In this document: positions 20,111 to 30,600 of the stretch, piece after piece | Numbering within the stretch: position 1 is the first letter of the stretch | Layout: every line of letters begins with the position of its first letter | Source of the DNA: Thermoplasmata archaeon | GTDB lineage: Archaea; Thermoplasmatota; Thermoplasmata; Lutacidiplasmatales; UBA184 | Assembly: GCA_021828085.1 (NCBI GenBank) | Contig: JAKATE010000001.1 | Span: forward strand, 1-47,242 | Reading direction: 5' to 3' | Length of the DNA stretch: 47,242 nt | Position numbers and translations under genes: made by a program | Notes under the pieces: generated by a model | The model's database searches: none | The model's input: the letters and a program-made list of their open reading frames with translations, nothing else | What the model was told of the DNA's origin: nothing

Positions 20111-21199
20111 ATGAACGTCGGGATCGTCGGTACCGGCCAGCTCGGCTGGATGATGATCAACGAGGGACGCCGGCTCCCTCATCGCTACTTCGTGCTCGGC
20201 GAGCCCGGGGGCCCGGCTTCCCGGGTCGCCGATGGGGCGTTCGCCCCCGAGGCGTACCGCCGCTTCGTCGACAAGTGTGACGTGGTGACCCCGGAGTTCG
20301 AGCACACGGACCTTCGGACGCTCCGCTACGCCAGCCGGCAGGGGAAGCTCGTCCCCCCGATGGGGGCGCTCACGCTCAAGCTGGACCGGGGGCAGGAGAA
20401 GACCTTCCTGCGCGACCGGGGGTTTCCCCTGGGAGAGTTCCATCTGGCACGCTCCCCGGAGGAGGCGCGGAGGCTCGCGAGGAACCTGGGACGCGCCGTC
20501 GTGAAGGCCTCCCGAGGGGGCTACGACGGGAAGGGGCAGTACTACCTCGGGGGCCCTCGGCCCTCGCCCGAGGAGAAGCTCCCCGCCGGCGAGTTCGTGG
20601 TGGAGGAGTACATCGACTTCGACGCCGAGGCCTCCCTCCTCGGCTCCCGGGACCGCGAGGGAAGGAAGCTCTTCCACTCCCCGTCCTTCAACGTCAACCG
20701 GGCGGGGATCCTCCTCTCCAACGAGGCCCCCTGCGAGGATCTCGGGATGCGGCGAATCGTCTCCCGCCTGCTCGACGAGCTCGATTATGTGGGCGTGCTG
20801 GCCGTGGAGTTCTTCCTGGTCGGGGGCCGGGCCCTGGTGAACGAGTTCGCCCCGCGGGTCCACAACTCCGGCCACCACACCCTGCACGGCTCGTCGATCT
20901 CACAGTTCGAGCATCACCTTCGGATCGCCACCGGTCTCCCGGTCCCTGCGCCGGTGCTCTTCCGACCCAGCGGGATCGTGAACGCCGTGGGCCGGGAGCT
21001 GGAGGGGAAGCTCCCGGCGGAGCTGCTCTCCCTCCCCGAGACCCACACCTACTCCTACGGCAAGGCCGAGGTCCGCCGCCGACGGAAGATGGGGCACGTC
21101 AACCTCACGGCCCCCAGCCGGAAGGTCCTCCGGGAAAGGACGCGCCGGGTGGTCCGGATCCTCTACGGGAAGGACCCCTCACGCTTCTTCGGGGCCTGA
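20111..21199 (+). CDS. purK: N5-CAIR synthase (ATP-grasp)
   Basis: GTGQLGWM, T.EFE, GGYDGKGQ, NEFAPRVHNSGH, SQFEHHLR, YGK...RRKMGHVN; follows purE. Confidence 0.95.
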   Translation: MNVGIVGTGQLGWMMINEGRRLPHRYFVLGEPGGPASRVADGAFAPEAYRRFVDKCDVVTPEFEHTDLRTLRYASRQGKLVPPMGALTLKLDRGQEKTFLRDRGFPLGEFHLARSPEEARRLARNLGRAVVKASRGGYDGKGQYYLGGPRPSPEEKLPAGEFVVEEYIDFDAEASLLGSRDREGRKLFHSPSFNVNRAGILLSNEAPCEDLGMRRIVSRLLDELDYVGVLAVEFFLVGGRALVNEFAPRVHNSGHHTLHGSSISQFEHHLRIATGLPVPAPVLFRPSGIVNAVGRELEGKLPAELLSLPETHTYSYGKAEVRRRRKMGHVNLTAPSRKVLRERTRRVVRILYGKDPSRFFGA

Positions 21200-22344
21200 G
21201 GACGCGCCCTCCCCGCCCGGGTCCGGCGCCCCCTACCGGGAGGGAGCACCACCCGTCGTCCCTCCGACGCGCGGAGGAGCCGGTCCATCACGGCGAGCCC
21301 CAGTCCCCGCGAGGGGAAGCCCTCCACCAGCATCTCCGGGAACCCCCGGGCGTCGGCCTCTCGGATCGCCGAGAAGAGCCGGCGGGCGACGGCGGAAGGG
21401 CGGCGCCGCGAGCCCAAGACCCAGACATCCCTTCCCCGCAGGGGGGATTCCTGGCTCACCAGCAGGGCCGAGCCGACCCCCGCCCTCGCGAGCTCATCCT
21501 GCCGGGTGCGAAGGGCTTGCCAGACCTGGCGGGGGGGGCCGACGTAGACGGTCATGCGGGCGCGCGGAGCGTAGTGCCGGTGCCGTAGGCCGGGGGATCG
21601 GGGCGGGGAGGACCCGGCCCGGCGCGAGGGCGAAGGGGCTCTGACCGAGGGGACGGTCCGACGGATCCGCTCCAGGGAGAGCCCCCCCGGCCGGAGCACC
21701 ACGGGGGGGCGCGCGGTCACGTCCACTACCGTCGACTCGACGCCGAGGGGCGAATCCCCGCCCAGGAGCAGGACCTCCACCCTCCCGGTGAGCTCCTCCA
21801 CGAGGTGCGAGGGGGACGTGAGGCTCGGTCGGCCGGAAAGATTGGCGCTGGGGGCGGCGATGGGGACCCCGGCGGCGGCGATGAGGCGGCGGGCGACCGG
21901 GTGGCCGGGCACGCGGACCGCCACCGTCCCCAGACCGGCCGTCGTCACCGACGGGACGCGGGGGTGCTTGGGGAGGACCAGCGTCAGCGGTCCCGGCCAG
22001 AAGCGGGCCGCGAGGCGCTCGGCCACGGCCGGCCAACGGCGCGCGACGCGGGGCAGCTCCCGGGACGAGGAGAGATGGACGATGAGCGGGTTGTCGGAGG
22101 GCCTTCCCTTCACCCGGAAGATCCCCTCAACGGCCTCCGCCGAGAGGGCGTTGGCCCCGAGGCCGTAGACCGTCTCGGTGGGGAAGACGACCAGACCGCC
22201 GCCCTGGAGGACGGAGGCCGCCTCGGCGATCTTCGCCCGGTCCCCTTTCCCTCCCGTGAGGCGGAGGATCCGGGTCCGGATCGGTGGGCGAGGGCGCGCA
22301 CCGCTTCCCGTTCCGGAGGAGCCTGGCGCCTCCCCGGGGGTCAC
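21163..22344 (-). CDS. sua5: L-threonylcarbamoyladenylate synthase (Sua5/TsaC2, with SUA5 domain)
   Basis: FPTETVYGLG, KGRPSDNPLIVH, FWPGPLT, AAPSANLSGRPS, GVESTV, SPG...RHYAP, AVMDRL; GTG overlaps the icd stop. Confidence 0.95.
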   Translation of the reverse strand: MTPGEAPGSSGTGSGARPRPPIRTRILRLTGGKGDRAKIAEAASVLQGGGLVVFPTETVYGLGANALSAEAVEGIFRVKGRPSDNPLIVHLSSSRELPRVARRWPAVAERLAARFWPGPLTLVLPKHPRVPSVTTAGLGTVAVRVPGHPVARRLIAAAGVPIAAPSANLSGRPSLTSPSHLVEELTGRVEVLLLGGDSPLGVESTVVDVTARPPVVLRPGGLSLERIRRTVPSVRAPSPSRRAGSSPPRSPGLRHRHYAPRARMTVYVGPPRQVWQALRTRQDELARAGVGSALLVSQESPLRGRDVWVLGSRRRPSAVARRLFSAIREADARGFPEMLVEGFPSRGLGLAVMDRLLRASEGRRVVLPPGRGRRTRAGRARPQAPKKREGSFP

Positions 22345-23810
22345 TGACCCTGGCCCAGCGAGAATCCCGGCTTCCCGTCGAAGGTGAAGAGCCCCTCCGT
22401 CTTGATGGGCGGCACCCCGCCTCCCACCAGGCGGGAGAGGAGAGCGACGACCTGCTCCGGGGTGACCGGCCCCTCCCCCTGGGCGCTCTGGAAACGGCAT
22501 CGCCAGTGGTCCACGCAGAGCGTCTCGGGAACCCCCTCCGGGTACACCTTCGTCCCGCGGTTGGTGATCATCACGAGCCTAAGGTCCGGGGCCGCCAGCC
22601 GCTCGAGCATCTGGCCGAGGTCCTTGGGCGCGCCGAGCCACTCCACGAAGACGTCGGTCCCCACCAGCTCCTTGTGCGGCCGCGCCCGGGGCTTCACGGT
22701 GACGGTGATGGGGCGACCGTGGGCCGGGTAGTGGACGGCCTTGAGGACCTTCGGCTCCTTCCCCAGCCGCTCGATCACGGCCGTGGCGAACTCGCGGGTC
22801 CCGACCTTCTCCTTCGAGACGGAGGGGTTGAAGATGTCGTAGGTGTGGACCCCGTCCTCGAGGGTCGCCAGCCAGGCGTTGTGCACCCGGGTGGCGACCT
22901 CCCCCTGGCCGATGTGCACCAGCATCTGCACCCCGGCCAGCAGGAGGCCCGAGGGATTCGCCTCGTTCTTCCCCGCCCGCCGCGGGGCCGATCCGTGGAT
23001 CGCCTCGAACATGGCCACCTCGCTACCGATGTTGGCGCTGCCGGCGATCCCCACCGAGCCCGCGACCTGGGCGGCCACATCGGAGAGGATGTCCCCGTAC
23101 AGGTTCGGCATCACGATCACGTCGAACTGCTCCGGGGCGGTGGCCAGCTTCGCCGCCCCGATGTCCACGATCCAGTGCTCGTTCTGGATCTCCGGGTACT
23201 CGGCCGCCACCTCGTCGAAGACGTGGTGGAAGAGGCCGTCGGTGATCTTCATGATGTTGTCCTTGGTGAAGCAGGTCACCTTCCGCCGCCCGTACTGGCG
23301 GGCGTACTCGAAGGCGTAGCGGACGATCCGCTCGCTCCCTGGCCGGGAGATGAGCTTGAGGCACTGGGTCACCTCGTCGGTCTGGCGGTGCTCGATCCCC
23401 CCGTAGAGGTCCTCCTCGTTCTCCCGGACGATCACCACGTCCATGCCCGGGTACTTCGTGGCCACGAAAGGGGCGTACGACTGGCAGGGGCGCACGTTGG
23501 CGAAGAGCCCCAGCGACTTGCGGACGGTGACGTTGAGGCTCTTGAAACCGCCCCCTTCCGGTGTGGTGATGGGCGCCTTCAGGAAGACCTTGGTCCGGCG
23601 GAGGGACTCCCAGGAGGCCGGCTCGATCCCGGCGGAGATCCCCCTCTCATACACGGCACGGCCAATCTGGATGGTCTCGGGCGCGAGCTGGGCGCCCGCC
23701 GCGTCCAGGACGCGCAGGGTCGCCTCCATGATCTCCGGGCCGATCCCATCCCCGTAGGCCACCGTGATGGGCACCTTCCCGCGACCCGCCCCGCCGCTCG
23801 TCTCGGTCAT
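22341..23810 (-). CDS. icd: NADP-dependent isocitrate dehydrogenase (type with C-terminal extension)
   Basis: GDGIGPEI, KAPITTP.GGG.KSLNV, RENEEDLY, KDNIMK, NLYGDILSD, FEAIHGSAP, C-terminal FSLGQGQ. Confidence 0.95.
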   Translation of the reverse strand: MTETSGGAGRGKVPITVAYGDGIGPEIMEATLRVLDAAGAQLAPETIQIGRAVYERGISAGIEPASWESLRRTKVFLKAPITTPEGGGFKSLNVTVRKSLGLFANVRPCQSYAPFVATKYPGMDVVIVRENEEDLYGGIEHRQTDEVTQCLKLISRPGSERIVRYAFEYARQYGRRKVTCFTKDNIMKITDGLFHHVFDEVAAEYPEIQNEHWIVDIGAAKLATAPEQFDVIVMPNLYGDILSDVAAQVAGSVGIAGSANIGSEVAMFEAIHGSAPRRAGKNEANPSGLLLAGVQMLVHIGQGEVATRVHNAWLATLEDGVHTYDIFNPSVSKEKVGTREFATAVIERLGKEPKVLKAVHYPAHGRPITVTVKPRARPHKELVGTDVFVEWLGAPKDLGQMLERLAAPDLRLVMITNRGTKVYPEGVPETLCVDHWRCRFQSAQGEGPVTPEQVVALLSRLVGGGVPPIKTEGLFTFDGKPGFSLGQGQ

Positions 23811-24024
23811 GGGGGGGCCTACGCGTGGCCCAATATAGCTTAATCAAAGGCTGTTTGAGGGATGGGTCCCCCGACACCGGAGAGAGGCGGGCGCCCACGG
23901 GCCCGCGGGGCGGAGCGCGGACCCTTCTCCGCGCAGGACCGATCCGGCGACTCCGGTCGGGTCCCAGCCCTGTGGGGGCCGACGGCACCATCGCTAAATG
24001 CCCCGGGAACCGCTTCTCCCCTCG

Positions 24025-24534
24025 ATGGGGAGGAGGGTTCGGAGGGGGTCCCGGGGGAAGGGCAAGGCCACCCCTACCGCGGACCCGCGCCTCGCCGGAC
24101 GGCAGGAGCTCAGCGTCCGGTTGGGGGTCCTGCGCCCGAGCCCGGAGCGGACCACCTGGGGGATGCTCTACCTTTCGAGGCCGGGGGAACGGCGGGACCC
24201 GATCCCTCTCTGGTTCCTCGCCCGCCTCCCCTCCCGCTTCCAAGGGCTCCGCCGGCGGGGAGAGCGGCTCCCCCCCGACCGACGGTCGCTCCCGGGGTGG
24301 GCGCGGGAAGTGGTCTTCCCGGAGCTGAACGTGGAGGAGAGCGACCTCGGGAGCGTCCTCGAGGCGCGCTGCCGGGTCCCCCAGGGGGTCCGGCTCGAGC
24401 TCCGCTCCACGGGCCCGGCCCCCCCCGGGGGACGCCCCCTCCACCGGCGTTGGCGACTCGCGCTGGACCGCGGAGAGGGGACATGGGAGGCAGGAGTCCC
24501 CCCCGCCAGCCTCTGGGTCCGGGTGGAGCGATAG
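24025..24534 (+). CDS. Hypothetical basic protein
   Basis: Most protein-like frame in the icd-HAD interval (WGMLYL..., PLWFLARLP, VVFPELNV); start uncertain (23998 or 24025). Confidence 0.5.
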   Translation: MGRRVRRGSRGKGKATPTADPRLAGRQELSVRLGVLRPSPERTTWGMLYLSRPGERRDPIPLWFLARLPSRFQGLRRRGERLPPDRRSLPGWAREVVFPELNVEESDLGSVLEARCRVPQGVRLELRSTGPAPPGGRPLHRRWRLALDRGEGTWEAGVPPASLWVRVER

Positions 24535-24577
24535 GCCGATATCCCCTCGATGCGCTGGGAGCCGGGGTCGACGGACC

Positions 24578-25339
24578 ATGTCCTCACCGAACTCGCTGTC
24601 CAGCCCGAACTACTTCCGGCCCTATCTCGGGGTCATCTACGACCTCGACGGCACGCTGCTCCAGAGCCCCCAGGACTACCCCGCCATGCGGCGGATGGTC
24701 ATCGACCTCGCCCACCGGGCCGGCCTGCCGCCCGGTGAGCTCAACGTCCACATGACCATCCCGCACCTCCTTGGCTTCACCCGGGACCGGATGCAACAGC
24801 TGGGGCTCCCCCCGGGGATGTACCTCCGCTTCGAGGCGGAGGTGAACCGCCGGCTCGACGCCCTCGAGCTCGAGGCGCTCCCGGGCGTCCGGAGCTCGCC
24901 CGACGCCCTCGAGCATCTCACACGCATGCACGCGAGCGGCTACCGGCTCGGGGTGCTCACGCGGAGCTCCGAGGCGTTCGCCCGCCAGGCGCTCCACCAG
25001 ACGGGCATGCTCCCCCTCCTCGACCGGCTCCGCACCCGCAGCGACTCCGGTCCGATAAAGCCGGACCCGGAGAGCCTCCGGGTGCTCCTCGCCGACCTGG
25101 GGGTCCCCCGGGACCGGGCGGTCTTCGTCGGCGACATGCCCGCGGACCTCGAGTGCGCGAGCGGGGCCGCCGTGGACTTCGTCGCGCTCGTGCTCGAGGG
25201 GCCGAACGCGGCGGCCCGCGAGGAGGAGATGCGACGCAAGGGCGCGCGCCGGCTCTCGCACTCCTTCCGCGAGCTCCACCGGGAGCTCACGGGGGCGGCG
25301 ATGGACCCGGCCCATCCGGGGGCGAGCCCCCCTCGCTGA
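24578..25339 (+). CDS. HAD-superfamily hydrolase (phosphoglycolate phosphatase-like)
   Basis: YDLDGTL (motif I), LTRS (II), KPDP (III), VGDMPAD (IV). Confidence 0.92.
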   Translation: MSSPNSLSSPNYFRPYLGVIYDLDGTLLQSPQDYPAMRRMVIDLAHRAGLPPGELNVHMTIPHLLGFTRDRMQQLGLPPGMYLRFEAEVNRRLDALELEALPGVRSSPDALEHLTRMHASGYRLGVLTRSSEAFARQALHQTGMLPLLDRLRTRSDSGPIKPDPESLRVLLADLGVPRDRAVFVGDMPADLECASGAAVDFVALVLEGPNAAAREEEMRRKGARRLSHSFRELHRELTGAAMDPAHPGASPPR

Positions 25340-26330
25340 GGTAGAAACCCCAGGCGTGGATGACCGCCCGCTCGGCGCTGGCCCAGGCCTCGGGGATCTG
25401 CTTCCAGCCGTCCCGCTGGTCCCCCGCCACGTAGAGCCCGGGAAGGATCGAACCGTCCGACGCGGAGCGTACCCGCCCGTCCTCGTCGGAGTCCACGTAG
25501 CCGTCGGGGGTGATGCGCGCGCCCAGCTGACGGGCGATCTCGGCGTGCGTGGAGTACCAGGGGAGCGCGCTGAAGCCCTTGTCGAAGATCTCGTGGTGAC
25601 CGTCCTCGAATAGGACGCCCAGGCGCTTGTCCTTGATTCCGTCGAAGCCGACGATGGCCGACTCCCGGACCGGGATGTGGTGGCGCTCGAGCTCGAGGAG
25701 GAGCTCCTCGCGCTCGGCGGTGGGGCTCTCGGCGAGGAGGGGGTGGCCGTGGGTCAGCAGGGTCACCGAGCTCGGGCCCCAGTGCCCGAGGTCCACGGCG
25801 GTGCGTACCGCGAGCGGCTCCCAGCCGATGACCGCGATGGAGCGCCCGGGCAGGGTGTGGCCATCGCAGATCATGCAGAAGTCGACGATCCCGAAGTTCG
25901 CCCACGGGAAGATGGCGTCAATTTTGCCCCCCACCTCGGGAATGCGGTCCACGACCCCGAGGGCGAGCAGGAGCACGCGGCTCCTCACCGAATAGCGGGC
26001 CTTCAGCCGCTCGAAACGGGTGACGAAATGCGCCCCCTCCCGGTGGACGGACTCCAGGTTCACGGGCGTGAGATAGTCGGTGAACCGGGCCATCCGGCGG
26101 ACCTGGGCGATCTGCAGGTCGAGCAGCTTGTGCCCGGAGATCCCATCGGGGAAGCCGGGGATGTTGTCCATGGCGGGGGCGTAGTACGACCGGCTGTACT
26201 TCGGCCCGCGGTCCAGCAGGAGCGCGGTATGGTTGAGCAGCCCCGCCTTGAGCCCTGCCTGCAGCCCGGCGTGGCCCGCGCCGAGGATGACGAAATCGTA
26301 CTCGGCCTTGGGGCGGAGGAAGCCGGCCAT
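25287..26330 (-). CDS. Thioredoxin-reductase-like FAD/NAD(P) oxidoreductase
   Basis: GAGHAG FAD motif, NIPGFP.GI.G, LALGVVD, CMICDG redox pair, GLYVAGD. Confidence 0.88.
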   Translation of the reverse strand: MAGFLRPKAEYDFVILGAGHAGLQAGLKAGLLNHTALLLDRGPKYSRSYYAPAMDNIPGFPDGISGHKLLDLQIAQVRRMARFTDYLTPVNLESVHREGAHFVTRFERLKARYSVRSRVLLLALGVVDRIPEVGGKIDAIFPWANFGIVDFCMICDGHTLPGRSIAVIGWEPLAVRTAVDLGHWGPSSVTLLTHGHPLLAESPTAEREELLLELERHHIPVRESAIVGFDGIKDKRLGVLFEDGHHEIFDKGFSALPWYSTHAEIARQLGARITPDGYVDSDEDGRVRSASDGSILPGLYVAGDQRDGWKQIPEAWASAERAVIHAWGFYLSEGGSPPDGPGPSPPP

Positions 26331-26506
26331 GGGACCGCGCCGAGGGCCGGAGCGTACTTGAGCGTCCTCGTTGCGGCGCTCCCGTCCCCCGCGAGGTCTC
26401 CGTGGGCAAGCCTTAAGCGCAGGCCGAAAGTGCCGAGACCCCGGGTTAGCCACTGACGCCGGGCGGGGCTCGCCGGCACACGCCCACGTACGACCGCCCC
26501 GGATGC

Positions 26507-27616
26507 TTGCTTCTCGAGGACGGCACCTATTTCGAGGGGGGCGGGGCCGGGGCCTCCGGCCGCGTGGTCGGGGAGGTGGTCTTCACCACCGGGATGGTCG
26601 GCTACCCCCAGGCCCTCACCGACCCGTCCTTCCGCGGGCAGATCCTCACCTTCACCTATCCGCTCCTGGGCAACTACGGGGTTCCCGACCCCGCGGGGCG
26701 GGACCGCTGGGGGCTCCCCTATCCCTTCGAGTCCGGCTCCCTCCAGGTTCGGGCGGCCATCCTGGAGAGCCTGACCCCGCCCCATCACTTCGCCTCGCGG
26801 CTCTCCCTCCCCGAGTGGGCCGAGCGCGCCCATGTCCCCCTGCTCCATTCCGTGGACACCCGCGAGCTCACCTCCCATCTGAGGACCCGCGGCGTGCTCC
26901 GGGGCGTCGTGGCCGTGGGGGACCCGCTCCCGCCCCGCCGGGAGCTCCTGCGCGAGCTCGAGCGGGCCCCGCGCTACGAGGAGGAGGACCTGGTCCGGCA
27001 GGTGAGCCCGAAGGCCCCCGAGCGGACACGCTCGGGCCGCCCAGACGCGCCCCTCGTCGCCGTCACCGACTGCGGCTGCAAGGCCAGCATCCTCCGCTCG
27101 CTGCTCTCGCGCGGGCTCGACGTGGTCCGCCTCCCCTCCTCCGAGGGGATCCCGGAACGCTTCGAGGGCCAGCGGGTCGTCGGGGCGCTCGTGGGCAACG
27201 GCCCCGGGGACCCGGCCACGCTCACCCCCGTGGTCGAAGGGGTGCGCGACTGGCTCAAGCGCGGAAAGCCCACGCTCGGGATCTGCCTCGGCCAGCAGCT
27301 GATCGCCGAGGCGAAGGGAGCGCGGACCTTCAAGCTCAAGTTCGGGCACCGGGGACAGAACAAGCCGGTGGTCTTCCCGGACGGCCGGGCCTACATCCTC
27401 TCCGAGAACCACGGTTACGCGGTGCTCCCGCGCTCGCTGCGCGGGACCGGGCTGCGGCCCTGGGCGTACAACCCGGACGACGGGACCCTCGAGGGGATGC
27501 GGGACGCCTCGGGCCGGCTGATCAGCCTCCAGGGCCATCCGGAGGGCGCCCCGGGTCCGGGCGAGGCGGGGTTCGTCTTCGACCTCTTTGCGGCGAAGCT
27601 GAAGAGGAGGCATTGA
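26507..27616 (+). CDS. carA: Carbamoyl-phosphate synthase small subunit
   Basis: LEDGT, GEVVFTTGMVGY...LTDPSF.GQIL, NGPGDP, GICLG (catalytic Cys), FGHRG.N.PV, NHGYAV, HPE. Exact start uncertain. Confidence 0.95.
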   Translation: MLLEDGTYFEGGGAGASGRVVGEVVFTTGMVGYPQALTDPSFRGQILTFTYPLLGNYGVPDPAGRDRWGLPYPFESGSLQVRAAILESLTPPHHFASRLSLPEWAERAHVPLLHSVDTRELTSHLRTRGVLRGVVAVGDPLPPRRELLRELERAPRYEEEDLVRQVSPKAPERTRSGRPDAPLVAVTDCGCKASILRSLLSRGLDVVRLPSSEGIPERFEGQRVVGALVGNGPGDPATLTPVVEGVRDWLKRGKPTLGICLGQQLIAEAKGARTFKLKFGHRGQNKPVVFPDGRAYILSENHGYAVLPRSLRGTGLRPWAYNPDDGTLEGMRDASGRLISLQGHPEGAPGPGEAGFVFDLFAAKLKRRH

Positions 27617-30600
27617 CGCGCGACCGTCGCCTCCGCCGCGTCGTCGTCCTCGGCAGCGGCGCGCTCAAGATCGGCGAGGCGGGGGAGTTCGACTACTCGG
27701 GCAGCCAGTGCCTCAAGGCCCTGGGAGAGGAGGACGTCTATGCGGTGGTGGTCAACCCCAACATCGCCACCCTGCAGACCGATCCCCCCCGGCGCGGCCG
27801 GGTCTACTTCCAGCCCGTGACCCCCGAGTTCGTCGAGCCCATCCTCGAGAGCGAGCGGGTGGACGCCATCCTGCTCTCCTTCGGGGGGCAGACCGCGCTC
27901 AACTGCGGGGTCACGCTTCACCGCAAGGGAGTCCTCCGGCGCCTCGGGGTCCGGGTCCTGGGGACGCCGGTCCGGGGCATCGAGGACACCGAGGACCGCG
28001 CGCGCTTCCTCTCCCTCATGGGGCAGGCGCGCGTGCCGGTGCTGAAGAGCCACCCGGTCTACAGCCTTGAGGAGGCACACCGGCAGGCGAAGGAGCTCGG
28101 CTATCCGGTGATCTCCCGCGTCGCCTACACCTTGGGCGGGAAAGGAGGAGGGGTGGCGCACGACCCGGAGGAGCTCTCCCGGGTCGCCGAGCGGGGGCTC
28201 CGGGCGAGCCCGGCGGGACAGATCCTGCTCGAGCGCTACGTCGGCTCGTTCAAGCAGATCGAATACGAGGTAGTGCGCGACCGCAAGGGCAACGGGCTCA
28301 CCGTCTGCAACATGGAGAACGTCCTGGGGATGCGCGTCCACACCGGGGACAACATCGTGGTGGCCCCGTCGCAGACCCTCACCGACGAGGAGTACCAGCG
28401 CCTGCGCGCCGCGGCCCTCCGGGCCGCCGACGCGGCGGGGATCGTGGGGGAGTGCAACATCCAGTTCGCCCTCGACCCCGCCTCCGAGGAGTACTACGCC
28501 ATCGAGATCAACGCCCGGCTCTCCCGCTCGAGCGCGCTCGCGAGCAAGGCGACCGGCTATCCGCTCGCCTACGTCGCCGCGAAGCTCGCCCTGGGCTACA
28601 CCCTCCCCGAGCTCAAGAACCGGGTGACCGGGGTGACCACTGCCTGCTTCGAGCCGGCGCTCGACTACGTGGTCGTCAAGCATCCCCGCTGGGACCTCGA
28701 GAAGTTCCCGCGGGCGCGCCGCGAGCTCGGCCCCACCATGAAGTCCGTGGGGGAGGTGATGGGCGTGGGGACCACCTTCCAGGAAGCGCTCCTCAAGGCG
28801 GTCCGGATGACCGAGCCCCGCCACGAGCTGCTCGCCCCCGCCGAGCCGCGGGAGCGCACAGAGATCCTCGAGGACCTCTCCCACCCCTCCCCCTCCATCC
28901 TCTTCCACGTCATGGAGGGGCTCGCGGCGGGCCTCTCGGTGGAGACCATCTCCTCGTCGAGCTGGATCGACCCGTGGTTCGTCGACCAGCTCGCCGGGGT
29001 GCAGGGGATCTCCCGCGAGCTCTCCTCGGCCGCGGGGACGGCCCCCTCCCCGGAGCTGCTCACGCGGGCCAAGCGCGCCGGGTTCTCCGACCGTGCCATC
29101 GCCCGGCTCCTGCGGAAGGACGAGGAGGAGGTCCGCGCGGCCCGAATCCGCGCCGGGATCGTCCCGCACACCCGGATGATCGACACCCTGGCCGGCGAGT
29201 GGCCGAGCCGGACGAACTACCTCTATCTCACCTACCACGCCGACCACGACGAGGTCGGCCCGAGCCCGGCCGGGAGCGCCCTGGTCCTGGGCGCCGGGCC
29301 GTACCGGATCGGGAGCTCGGTGGAATTCGACTGGTCGACGATGAACCTGGTGGACGGGCTCAAGGCCGAGGGGGTCCCCTCCGTGGCGGTGCTCAACTCG
29401 AACCCGGAGACCGTCTCCACGGACTACGACCGCTCCGACCGTCTCTACTTCGAGGAGATCACGCTGGAGCGCGTGCGCGACGTGGTCGACAAGGAGTCCT
29501 TCTCGGGGGTGGTCACCTCGGTGGGGGGGCAGCTCCCGCAGAACCTCACCCCCCTCCTCGCCGCCTGCGGGATCCCCATCCTCGGGACCTCCAGCGACTC
29601 CATCGACTCGGCGGAGGACCGCCAGCGCTTCAGCGCCCTCCTCGAGAAGCTCAGGATCCCCCAGCCCGCCTGGCGGGCCTTCACCACCCTGGAGGAGGCC
29701 GAGCGCTTCTCGGCCGAGGTGGGCTACCCGGTGCTCGTCCGCCCCTCCTACGTGCTGAGCGGGGCGGCCATGCGGGTCATCCCGGGGAGGGCCGATCTCG
29801 AGCGCTTCCTCAACGCCGCCGTCCGCCTCTCCCCGGAGCATCCGGTGGTCATCTCCAAGTTCCTCGAGGGGGCTTTCGAGCTCGACCTCGACGCGGTGAG
29901 CGACGGGGAGCGCGTCCTCGTGGCCGGCATCCTCGAGCACGTGGAGAGCGCGGGGGTCCACTCCGGCGACGCGATCCTGGTCCTTCCCCCCCGACGCACC
30001 TCCCCGGAGGTCCATCGCAAGATGGTCGAGCACTCCGAGGCCATGGCCCGGGCGCTGCGCATCCACGGCCCGTTCAACGTCCAGTTCCTCGCGGTGGGGG
30101 ACGAGGTCTACGTCATCGAGCTCAACCTGCGGGCCTCCCGGAGCCTCCCCTTCGTCGCCAAGGGGGCCGGGGTGCCGGTCCTCCGGGAGGCGGCCCGGGC
30201 GATCCTCGGGAAGGGGCTCAGCCGCTCGGGCGTCGCCCCGGTGCCGTTCGGCCGCTGGGGGGTGAAGGCTCCCCAGTTCTCCTTCCTCCAGGTGGAGGGC
30301 GCCGACCCCCTCCTGGGGGTGGAGATGCAGTCCACGGGAGAGGTGGCCTGTTTCGGACCGACCTTCCCCGACGCCCTGGTGAAGTCCCTGGTCGCCACGG
30401 GGGTGCGCTTCGTGCCGCGGGGCGGCGAGGCCTTCCTCTCCGTGGGGGGGCCGGTGCTCAAGGAGCGGCTCCTCCCCGCCGCGGCGCTCCTGCGCCGGCT
30501 CGGGTTCACTCTGAAGGCCACCGAGGACACCGCGGCCTTCCTCGAGTCGCGGGGGGTGCGGCCGGTCTCGGTGCTCTACAAGCTCATGGAGCCGGAGCGC

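Noticed and set aside
26371..27612. Apparent 414-aa N-terminal extension of CarB (1534-aa ORF)
   Set aside because: Alternate frame of carA; CarB homology begins at the TTG at 27613.
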